DNA from: Chiloscyllium plagiosum
Lineage: Eukaryota
Direction: 5' to 3'
Assembly (NCBI RefSeq): GCF_004010195.1
Contig: NC_057751.1
Location: 11,343,901-11,395,912 of the forward strand
DNA: 52,012 nucleotides
Below the pieces are notes generated by a model that did not search any database, had not been told where the DNA came from, and was given only the letters and a program-made list of their open reading frames with translations. Below, piece by piece: positions 1 through 9,591 of this stretch (positions are counted from its first letter, which is position 1; every line of letters starts with the position of its first letter). A program made the position numbers and the translations under genes.

Positions 1-136
1 TGCTATGTTATACTTTTTCTCTTTTAACTTTATATGTTTCTTAACTTCCCTCGTCAGCCACAGCCGCCCATGCCTCCTCCTAGGATCTTTCTTCCTTTTT
101 GGAATGAACTGATCCTGCATCTTCTGCATTATACAT
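1..136 (-). mobile_element. CR1 LINE ORF2 fragment (linker between endonuclease and RT), runs off the window edge
   Basis: Minus-strand translation ..QFIPKRKKDPRRRHGRLWLTREVKKHIKLKEKKYNIA matches the CR1 'IP.....PW.T.EVK..IK.K' linker; comparable to 46320-46751. Confidence 0.75.
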
Positions 137-138
137 GC

Positions 139-198
139 TACAAGAGAGACGGTTTGCACCTTAATAGGTTAGGGACCAGCATTCTGGCAGGCAGGTTT
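139..198 (+). mobile_element. Short CR1 ORF1 esterase C-terminal fragment, inverted relative to flanking CR1 pieces
   Basis: Translates YKRDGLHLNRLGTSILAGRF (SGNH DxxH block), homologous to YKKDGLHLNWKGTNILAGKF in 47514-47852. Confidence 0.75.
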
Positions 199-303
199 TA
201 GATTAGATTAGATTACTTACAGCGTGGATACAGGCCCTTCGGCCCAACAAGTCCACACCGACCCGCCAAAGCGCAACCCACCCATACCCCTACATTTACC
301 CCT
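199..303 (-). mobile_element. CR1/HE1-type 3' tail with (TAGAT)n terminal microsatellite
   Basis: tagattagattagatt followed by acagcgtggatacaggcccttcggcccaacaagtcc, the same tail as the other CR1/HE1 3' ends in the window. Confidence 0.7.
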
Positions 304-900
304 TCAACTTGTTCCTGACAGGTACTTCTCCTGGGGTCTCTTGCACCTGTCTCCTCTCTGCCTTCCTCATCGTCTGCTCTCTTCTACTCTCTTCTGGCAT
401 GATTGGTGTAATAACCTCGCTGAAGGTCTTGTCCAGAAAGATCTCGTTATCTCGAATGAGCCTAAAGTCCTCGAGTTCTTTCATCAGCGCTGCAATATGC
501 TCGATCAATAGCTGAATGTGCACACACTTCCCACATATATACGAGCCAGACACACCAGAGTCGTTGACCTCCCACATCAAGCATGTAGCACACTGAACCA
601 GCTGGGCAGTCATGTCTTCACCCTCTTCAACTGTGGCGTAATCACTTCGCTCAACCTCCTTTGTAAAAGATTCCTGAGCTGAAGCCTCACTCTTCGATCC
701 AACTTCCTTCGACCCTCTTTTTGTGGCAAGTCTGTGGACTCTTAATTTAGGTTAGAGGAGGAGGGAGGGAGGGAGACCCTACTTTGTAGGACCTGGGGTT
801 TAGAACTCACCCTCTCTAATAGCAATCACTTACCTTCCCGACCGGCTTTGCGCTCCGCCTGAACTTCCGCCCAGCTCCCGCCGCTCTCTGCTGCAAAAAG
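304..900 (-). mobile_element. CR1 LINE 5' UTR and ORF1 N-terminus (zinc finger/leucine zipper)
   Basis: ORF 296..613: CATCLMWE...YICGKC...L-heptads, the typical CR1 ORF1 zf/lz; GC-rich upstream segment to ~900. Confidence 0.8.
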
Positions 901-2025
901 ACTGTTGGCATCGAGGTAAGTTCTTCATCTCCTATAGCTGTTGTGATGAAGCCAGCCATCCCATTTCACCCACTGCATCTGTAACAGGGACATGACTTGT
1001 CAGCACCTTACCAAATGCCTCCTTACTTGGTAGCAGATGCACCTGGTCATTCGATATATGGAATTACATCTGTCCTTGGAACATGAACATCCTTTTCACC
1101 TCGTCCTGCTGTCCTTCACTCTTCACTGGAATAAACACAATGGAATCAGATCAGTTTTGCCATCTGTACCCCTCAGTTCAATGAGTATCTTGTTTTGCAG
1201 GTAATATTCTGGCGATATCAGGGCACATTTTTCAGACAAACCTCTTCACTGTGTCAGCGGGATGACTGTGGTCTCTATGTGCTGGGTGAGAAATTGTGAG
1301 TAAACTTAAACATCCTCATTGCTGATCTTTAAAACATTTGTGTTTAACATGATGTTATTGCTGAAACAGCCTGCAATTCTGACTAATGTTCATCTCACCT
1401 TCCTCCCTGACGGTTTCAGGGGTTTGAAGCCAAACAGTTTCCTGATGATGGGCATAAATGGTCACTGTTTAATCACGACCATTTGCCAAAAAGAAATCAG
1501 CAAGCAACAAACGGAAATGGGATTGAATCACAATCAGCCTTGGTGTTTTTCTCAAGCTGCATTTGCTGGGTCCCTTAGTCGACCCAAGAGTTTGACCTGG
1601 ACTCAGATTCAATGGACCTGGGTCCAATCCATCGCATTTCCTTGTTTCCAGTGAGTTTATTACTTTTCAGTTTCCTGAAACAGCTAATCTTAAGGAAATA
1701 CAACATTGTAGCAGAGCATCCGATCTGCCTGATTCCCAAATGACCAGTTTCAAAAGGCAGAGTTGTTCTAGACTAATATGTTGATGAATTTTCAGTATGG
1801 TATACAGTTCGTGCTGAAAACTCATTCTGGAGTGCAATAAGGTTTCAGCTACTTCAATACCCAAAATACAATGATGCAAACTGCTTTCATTCCACATACC
1901 CACTCCCTCCCTCTGATTCTCAAAGGGGTTACAAAGTTTGTTTTTACAAAATTTGTTCATGAAATATGTGCATCGCTGGCCAGGAAAACACTGATTGTCC
2001 ATCCTTTATTGCCCTGGTGGTGGTT

Positions 2026-2302
2026 GGCATGGTGACTCAGTGGTTAGCACTGCCGCCTCACAGTACCAGGGACCCAGGTTTGAATCCACCCTCAGGCGAC
2101 TGTCTGGGTGGCATTTGCACATTCTCTCTGTGTCGGCATGGGCTTCCACTTTGTTCTCCGATTTCCTCCCACAGTCCAAGGATGTGCTGGTGCGGTAGCT
2201 TGGCCATGGGAAATGCAGGGATGGGGTTGGTGTCTGGGTGGGATGCTCTTTGGAGGGTTAGTGTGCGCTGAGTGGCCTGTTTCCACACAGTAAGGATTGT
2301 AT
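2026..2302 (+). mobile_element. HE1-like tRNA-derived V-SINE
   Basis: A box (tgactcagtgg), B box (ggtttgaatcc), V-domain core tttcctcccacagtccaag, CR1-like tail ggcctgtttccacacagt. Confidence 0.85.
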
Positions 2303-2409
2303 TCCATGAGAACTGATGCCAGTGTTCGCATTGTTGTCTTACAACAGTTGCTGTGATGTCAGCTGATTTTATTAGTGTCTCTGCCCAGAACAGTCCGAAA
2401 ACTTTGTAC

Positions 2410-2506
2410 AAAAGTAGAAATTGCTGGAAAAGCTCAGCAGGTCTGGCAACATCTGTGGAAAGAAATTAGAGTTAACATTTCGGGTACAGTGACCCCTCCT
2501 CAGAAC
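2410..2506 (-). mobile_element. Penelope-like pseudo-LTR remnant with hammerhead core
   Basis: Reverse complement gttCTGAGGAggggtcactgtacccGAAAtGTTaac followed by ..gccagacctgctgagcttttccagcaattt. Confidence 0.75.
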
Positions 2507-2524
2507 ACTTTTGGTACTGCTTTG

Positions 2525-3010
2525 CCATCGTGGGAGTTACCATTCACCAGAATCTGAACTGGACCAGCCTCGTGCACTCTACGACTTCAAGAGCAGGTCA
2601 GAGGATAGGACAACTGCGGTGAGTAACACACCTTCTGACTCCACAAAGCCCTTCCACCAATGTCAAGGCACAAGTCAGGAGGATGTTGGAATATTCTCCA
2701 TTTGCCTGGATGAGTGCAGCCCTAACAACACTCATAAAGCTTGACACCAACCAGTCTGCTTGATTGGAAGCATATCTGCCAACTTCATTGTTTCTTCACC
2801 ACCAATGAACAGTGGCAGCAATAGATGCCATCTCTGAGATGCACTGTCACAATTGATCAAGTCTTTTTCGACAGCACCTTCCAATTTGAAGGACAAGGGC
2901 AGCAGAAACAGGGGAACACCACTACTTGCAAGCTCCCCTCCAAGCCAATCACCATCCTGAATTGGAAATATATAGCTGTCCCTTCAGTATTGTGGTCAAA
3001 ACCCTCTCCC
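2525..3010 (+). mobile_element. L2/CR1-group LINE 3' fragment (RT thumb region), degenerate
   Basis: Reads approximately GVTIHQNLNWTS...RAGQRIGQLR.VTHLLTPQSPST..KAQVRRMLEYSPFAWMSAALTTLIKLDT, a non-LTR RT C-terminal pattern. Confidence 0.75.
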
Positions 3011-3195
3011 TCAAGACCAGCACCCCTCTGTCTCCTATCCTGCACCACCTCTCCCTACTATTGAAGTCCAGTTCAAAATTGCATGAACTTCCTTGTGCAT
3101 GTGCAGCACTATATTTGCAAAGGACATTACCCATAAAGTCCACGTGATGATATTGAGTTTGGAACTGGGCACATGCATGTACCTGAATAAGCACA

Positions 3196-3281
3196 CAGAG
3201 CTGAAAATGTGTTGCTGGAAAAGCGCAGCAGGTCAGGCAGCATCCAAGGAACAGGAGAATCGACGTTTCGGGCATAAGCCC
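3196..3281 (-). mobile_element. Penelope-like pLTR fragment, truncated inside the hammerhead
   Basis: Near-exact reverse complement of ~3687-3771; retains stem II and GAAAC but lacks CUGANGA. Confidence 0.85.
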
Positions 3282-3486
3282 AAGTTGCTGATGTCAGCAA
3301 ACCCTGCCTGATTATTAATATTGCTTGGAGGACTATGTTTTGAAGAATTGTGGAAAATGGATTTATTTTCAGGTTTAAGCAAAGACCTGGAGTGGTTTTT
3401 TTAAAAGAGGAAATTGAAGTTTCACTGTGCACATTGACGATTTTGTTTAAAGAAGGCTTCCTGTGTGACAGGTGATGAATGCTTGA

Positions 3487-3805
3487 TCCATCAAATCCAT
3501 CAAATCCAGCACCACCTTCCTAACCTGCAATCTTCTTCCCGACCTCTCCGCCCCCACCCCAGTCTGACCTATCACCCTCACCTTGACCTCTTTCCACCTA
3601 TCACATTTCCGACGCCCCTCCCCCTAGTCCCTCCTCCCTACCTTTTATCTTAGCCTGCTGGACAAACTTTCCTCATTCCTGAAGAAGGGCTTATGCCCGA
3701 AACGTCGATTCTCCTGTTCCCTGGATGCTGCCTGACCTGCTGCGCCTTTCCAGCAACACATTTCCAGCTCTGATCTCCAGCATCTGCAGACCTCACTTTC
3801 TCCTC
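3487..3805 (+). mobile_element. Penelope-like element 3' end/pLTR insertion with 13-bp TSD
   Basis: GATGAATGCTTGA at 3474-3486 and 3806-3818; C-rich tract, hammerhead, terminal ctccagcatctgcagacctcactttctcc. Confidence 0.88.
3675..3710 (+). ncRNA. Minimal type I hammerhead ribozyme (PLE-associated)
   Basis: CUGAAGA(3679-3685)-A-GGGC/UUAU/GCCC-GAAAC-GUC; predicted cleavage after C3706; stem I only ~2 bp. Confidence 0.75.
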
Positions 3806-4474
3806 GATGAATGCTTGACTTTTACTAGGATAGTGTTTGAAGAGTGACTGCCTTGTATCTAGTTCAGTTGGAGAGAAGCTTATGACGAACAAGTCTGGAG
3901 GAAAGCTTACAAAGAATAAGCCGTCCAGCTGATTACTGAAATGTAAACCTTCTTGATGAGTTCGGGGTAAAACCTATTCATTCTCTTTAAAAAGGTGATT
4001 GAAGTAACACCTCAAGACATATTTCCTGGACACGCCATGTCTGCAAGGCTTCAAAGTCAGACATTGAATAACAGTGACTTCACCACACAAACATCATAGG
4101 AACAGGCTCTGGGACATTCTAAGTCTTCCTTCAACAATAACCTCTTAGCCAAAGAATATTTTTTCAGAAAGGCAATTTCTGCAGAGAAATCTGTTTCTGT
4201 TACTTGTCCTGAAAAGTGGAGACATTTGTTTTTTTTTATTTTGGGGATACCCAGAGGCATAAGCATTTATTCTTCCATTTCACTGACTGTGCATGTTAAC
4301 TAATTGTTGCAGTGTCATTGAATACATTTTCTTTTAGATTTGAGATTGGTCTTGTTTTTTAAAAGTGATAAATGAGGTATTTAATTGGCCATTTTGGTCC
4401 CTGTAAAAAGCTTTTTTGTTTTCTGATGTGACCTGTGGAGCTCCTCCACATTTGTCACTTGATTACAATTATCT

Positions 4475-5269
4475 TCTCGGAGGGCAGTCTCAAACAATGA
4501 CGAGACAGAGTACAGGAAAGAGATTGAGTGCTTAGCTGCATCAACATTAGCAAAATGAAGGAGCTGGCCATTGACTTCAGGAGGGCACAGCCTTGTCTGC
4601 ATCATTAGTACGAGATGGAGATGGTTGAGAATGTCAAGTTGCTGGGAGTGACGAGTACCAACAATCTGTCCTGGTCCACCCATGTTGACACTAAGGTCAA
4701 GAAAGAACAGCAATGCCTCTACTTCCTCAGGAGGCTGAGGAAATTCGGCATGTCCGCAAGGACTCCGAGCAATTTTTGTCGATGCCCCATTGAAAGCATC
4801 CTGGCTGGTCGCATCACAGCTTGGTATGGCGAGCACTGTTCCCAAGCCCCCAAGAAACTACAGAGAGTTGTGAACACAGCTCAGTCCATCAAGAAAACCA
4901 GCTTCCCATCCTTTTACATCATCTATACTTCCCATTGCATCGGGAAAGCAACCAACGTAATCCAAGACCCCTCCCACCCCGGTTATGTGCTCTTCCACCC
5001 TCTTCCGTTGGTCAGAAAACATCACAGTTTGTATGCACATACCAACAGATTCAAGAACAACTTCATTTCTGCTATTCCCAGACTTTTGAATGGACCTCTC
5101 AAATTTTAAATTTCCTGTTGATCTCACTCTCTGTGTACCTTCCCTGTAGCCGTAACATTGTACTCTTCACTCTGCTCTACTACCCTCATGCGATTTGTAC
5201 AGTATGATATGCCTGTACTGCATGCTAAACAGAACTTCTCACTGTACTGAGGTACAAATCCAATCAAAT
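4475..5269 (+). mobile_element. 5'-truncated Rex1/Babar-clade LINE (RT C-terminus, DUF1891-like) with 9-bp TSD
   Basis: ORF 4615..5109 ..KLLGV..NNLSWSTH..KKEQQCLYFLRRLRKFGMS..DPSHPG..RFKNNF; (AAATC)-type tail; CAATTATCT at 4466-4474 and 5270-5278. Confidence 0.88.
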
Positions 5270-6059
5270 CAATTATCTGGTTCGACCTGGGTCAGATATG
5301 AGGGGATTACAATGGGTCCACGTACTCTAACTGGGAGGAGGAGAAGAGTTCCTGCTCCTAATTGTTATCCAGTGACCCTGCACTTGAAAGGGAGCACAGA
5401 CATGGTCAGGCTCAGCCCTAGTACTGCACATGGTGGATTAGCCATCACACACCAGGAGGGAGTCAGCATCTGCCAGAGAGATTGAGAGGAACTGGAAGAT
5501 TGTTCCTAACTTCACACAAACCACAAGTGCTTGCCTCAAAAACAAATCAGTTCAAAGACAAGACCTGCTGCCATCGAAAGCAGCAGGAAGTGTTAAATCA
5601 TCTGACATGACAGAGAAGGGCACGTGATCAAATGCTTACACAAAGACAGAGGTAATTTTGATTGAATATTTCAACATAACAGAAAGAATGAGCAATGCTC
5701 GGAAGAATTTGCCTGTTGAGAGATGTTGGTGCAATGCCAACTGCTCCTAGCTCACTGGAATGACACCTTCCAGCCTGAATTAATGTTAATAACTGGAGAT
5801 CAGCTCAACATCTCAGCGTTTAACTGCTCCAGCAATCACTGTCATGTCGGAGGCATTGATGATACAATCAGAAGGATATGCTCAATTCCGCTGTCCAGAT
5901 AACTTGAATCGATTGCAGGATGATTCACTGAATAACTAGATTAAGATGTGCAACTCATCCAATGATTCCTCTCTCCAACTGGCCTGTCCACTTTCCCCCT
6001 GACAGCCGTACTATACAGCTGCTGCCCAGCCATTCTTCCCTGTCATTGTTTCAAATAAT

Positions 6060-6248
6060 TCTTTCACATGCTGGTGTCATTGGCAAGGCCAGCTTTTTTG
6101 TTGGCACAACATTAATTGTGCTTGAAAATTTGACAATGTGTTGTCCTCTTCAACAGTTGCAGTCCGTGTGGTGTGGGTGCACCCACAGAGCTGTGAGGAA
6201 GGGAGTCGGACCCAGTGATTGTGAAGAAACGATGATATGGGTCCAAGT
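6060..6248 (-). mobile_element. 3' end of L2/CR1-group LINE (same family as 2525-3010); continues at 9053
   Basis: gacccagtgattgtgaagaaacgatgatatgggtccaagt is the reverse complement of the 2955-3000 segment. Confidence 0.65.
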
Positions 6249-9052
6249 TGTGGCAGTCAGCGAGTGGGCCCAGTGTGGACTCAAGTGGGCCCAGTATGGA
6301 CTCATGTGGGCCCAGTGAGGACTCAATGGGTCCAATGCGGACACATGTGGGCCCAGCGTGGCCTCAAGTGGGCCCAGTATGGACTCAAGTGGGCCCAGTG
6401 AGGACTCATGTGGGCCCAGTGTGGACTCAGGTGGGCCCAGCATGGCCTCAAGTGGGCCCAGTGTGGACTCAAGTGGGCCCAGCGTGGCCTCAAGTGGGCC
6501 CAGTGAGGACTCAAATGGGCCAAGCGAGGACTCAAATGGGCCCAGCGTGGACACATGTGGGCCCAGCGTGGCCTCAAGTGGGCCCAGTGTGGACTCAAGT
6601 GGGCCCAGTGAGGACTCAAGTGGGCCCAGTGTGGACTCAGGTGGGCCCAGCGTGGCCTCAAGTGGGCCCAGTGTGGACTCAAGTGGGCCCAGCGTGGCCT
6701 CAAGTGGGCCCAGTGAGGACTCAAATGGGCCAAGCAAGGACTCAAATGGGCTCAGCGTGGACACATGTGGGCCCAGTGTGGCCTCAAGTGGGCCCAGTGT
6801 GGACTCAAGTGGGCCCAGTGAGGACTCAAGTGGGCCCAGTGTGGACTCAAGTGGGCCCAGTGTGGCCTCAAGTGGGCCCAGCGTGGCCTCAAGTGGGCCC
6901 AGTGAGGACTCAAATGGGACAAGCGAGGACTCAAATGGGCCCAGCGTGGATACATGTGGGCCCAGCGTGGCCTCAAGTGGGCCCAGTGTGGACTCAAGTG
7001 GGCCCAGTGAGGACTCAATGGGACCAATGTGGCCTCAAGTGGGCCCAGTGTGGACTCAAGTGGGCCCAGTGCAGACTCAAGTGGGCCCAGTGCGGACTCA
7101 AGTGGGCCCAGTGTGGACACATATGGCCCAGCATGGCCTCAAGTGGGCCCAGTGAGGACTCAAGTGGGCCCAGCATGGACACATATGGGCCCAGCGTGCC
7201 CTCAAGTGGGCCCAGTATGGACTCAAGTGGACCCAGTGAGGACTCAATGGGTCCAATACGGACTCAAGTGGGCCCATTGTGGACTCAAGTGGGCCCACTG
7301 AGGACTCAGGTGGGCACAGTGTGGACTCAAGTAGGCCCAGTGAGGACTTAAGTGGGCCCAGCGTGGACACATGTGGGCCCAGCTTGGCCTTAAGTTGGCC
7401 CAGCGTGGACTCAAGTGTGGCCAATGAGGACTCAATGGGTCCAATGCGGACTCAAGTGGGCCCAGTGTGGACTCAAGTGGGACCAGTGTGGACTCAAGAG
7501 GGCCTAATGCAGACTCAAGTGGGCCCAGCATAGACTCAAGTGGGCCCAGTGTGGACTCAAGTGGGCCCAGTGAGGACTCAAGTGGGCCCAGTGTGGACTC
7601 AAGATAGCCTAATGCAGATTCAAGTGGGCCCAGCATGGACTCAAGTGGGCCCAATGTGGACTCAGGCCCAGTGTGGACTCAAGTGGGCCCAGTGTGGACT
7701 CAAGTGGGCCCACTGAGGACTCAAGTGAGCCCAGTGTGGACACATGTGGGCCCAGCGTGGCCTGAAGTGGGCCGAGTGTGGACTCAAGTGGGCCGAGTGT
7801 GGATTCAAGTGGGCCCAGTGAGGACTCAAGTGGGCCCAGTGTGGACTCAGATGGGCCCAGTGTGGACTCAAGTGGGCCCAGTGTGGACTCAAGAGGGCCT
7901 AATGCAGACTCAAGTGGGCCCAGCGTGGACACATGTGGGCCCAGTGTTGGACTCAAGTGGGCCCAGTGAGGACTCAAGTGAGCCCAGTGAGGACTCAAGT
8001 GGGCCCAGTGAGGACTCAAGTGGGCCCAGTGTGGACTCAAGAGGGCCTAATGCAGACTCAAGTGGGCCCAGTGTGGACACATGTGGGCCCACTGTTGGAC
8101 TCAAGTGGGCCCAGTGAGGACTCAAGTGAGCCCAGTGAGGACTCAAGTGGGCCCAGTGAGGACTCAAGTGGGCCCAGTGTGGACTCAGATGGGCCCAGTG
8201 TGGACTCAGGTGGGCCCAGCTTGGACTCAAGTGGGCCCAGTGAGGACTCATGTGGGCCCAGTGAGGACTCAAGTGGGCCCAGTTTGGACTCAAGAGGGCC
8301 TAATGCAAACTCAAGTGGGCCCAGTGAGGACTCAAGTGGGCCCAGCATGGACTCAAGTGTGGCCAATATGGACTCAATGGGCTCAGTGTGGACTCAAGGT
8401 GTTGGTGCCAGAGACGGGTTTAGGTTCTTGCATGGTTGAGGCAGTCCCACTACTGACTCATGGGTGCTGCAGTGGGGTTCCTGGCAGCGTCTGTTTCCAG
8501 CAAAGATTCATGGAGGTGGTAGTGGAGACCGGTTTGGCCCCAGTACGAGACCCAGCAGCATCAGCAGAGGCCACATTGGCGAGGTGGGCCTGTAGTGGAC
8601 TTACAATGCCCTCAGAATCAAGTTTGAGCCAGTCCGATACCCCGTAGCATCGGTGGCATGTGCATGGGTGAGGTCCATCGAGGACTCATGGTGATGAGGG
8701 TGTTGATGGAGGTGAGGTGGTGCTGAAGAGTGGTGACTCTTAATCCAGCAGTGGTAGAATGGCAAGGGTGCTTGTGTCCATGACCGATGGCAGAGCACTT
8801 CGCAGGAAGAACTGTAAAGTTGAATACATCTTCTTTATTTTTCTGTCTTTATTTTCTGTGTCTTGGCTTTATTTTGTATTATAAGATGGCACTGGAGATT
8901 GGCAACACTGTACAACACTTTTCACTGTAATTTGTTACAAAACACAGTGAGAGGTGTTGTGTAGTGCTGCCAGTCTCCAGTGCTATCTTAAAACTTTTGT
9001 AACAAAATGCACATGACAATAAGTAAATCAAATCAAAGATATCAATCAAATC
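6249..9052 (+). mobile_element. Putative composite non-autonomous retroposon: VNTR + GC-rich body + Rex/Babar-like 3' tail
   Basis: Interrupts a LINE that resumes colinearly at 9053; ends catgacaataagtaaatcaaatc..aatcaaatc; shares acttttcactgta with the LINE tail at 5234-5269. Confidence 0.6.
6264..8398. repeat. 21-bp minisatellite, ~100 units, consensus GTGGGCCCAGTGTGGACTCAA
   Basis: Directly visible; produces the VGPVWTQ / SSGPSVD / LGPLEST periodic ORFs. Confidence 0.98.
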
Positions 9053-9200
9053 AAAGTCAGAATGCTGTGTGACTTGGAGGGGAACATTGAAGCCTAGGTG
9101 TTCCAATGCATTTTCTCCTGTTGACCTTTCAGGTTGTGAAAGAGTTGACATTGTGAAGTAGAGAATCCTGTAAATGGTACACATAGAGTCACAGTGCCAC
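9053..9200 (-). mobile_element. Continuation of the L2/CR1-group LINE split at 6248
   Basis: aagtcagaatgctgtgtgacttggaggggaac..ggtgttcc is the reverse complement of ~2912-2962 (ggaacacc..ctcccctccaagccaatcaccatcctga); further pieces at ~9460-9590 and ~10221-10325. Confidence 0.65.
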
Positions 9201-9591
9201 AATGTTAATTGTTAACAATGCTTTATTTGGAGAACGCCTCTGGTGTAATGGAACTTCCCTGAGGCTACACAAATGCAGAGGGCAGATAGCCAAATGTTTG
9301 GTGAAAGACGTAGGTTTTAAAGAAGGAAAGAGAGAGTGAGGGAACTCCAAAGATGAGGGGTGAGTTAGCTGAAGACACAGCCACCACTGATGCGGTGATA
9401 CAAATCAGAGATACTCAAGAAGCACAGAAGCTGTGGATTGTTGTCTTGTGATGTTTTCACGTCTTGGACCCTGACTCTCATCAGGAATGATTGAGCAAAG
9501 GCATTAATGAGCTTTGGAGATGAGTGATGCTGACAGAACCAAAACTGAGCATTGGTGGATTAGTTATTGGCCACTATGAATCGCTGCATAT

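Noticed and set aside
2026..2100. tRNA gene (also 37776-37850 and other SINE heads)
   Set aside because: A and B boxes continue into a SINE body and LINE-like tail; no complete cloverleaf.
6264..8398. CRISPR-like array
   Set aside because: Units are head-to-tail with no unique spacers, there are no cas genes, and the context is eukaryotic.
6150..8647. Long repetitive ORFs (367 aa, 265 aa and others) as a structural or antifreeze-like protein gene
   Set aside because: Open on both strands in several frames because the unit is 21 bp; 20- and 22-bp units break the frames; no signal peptide or splice context seen.
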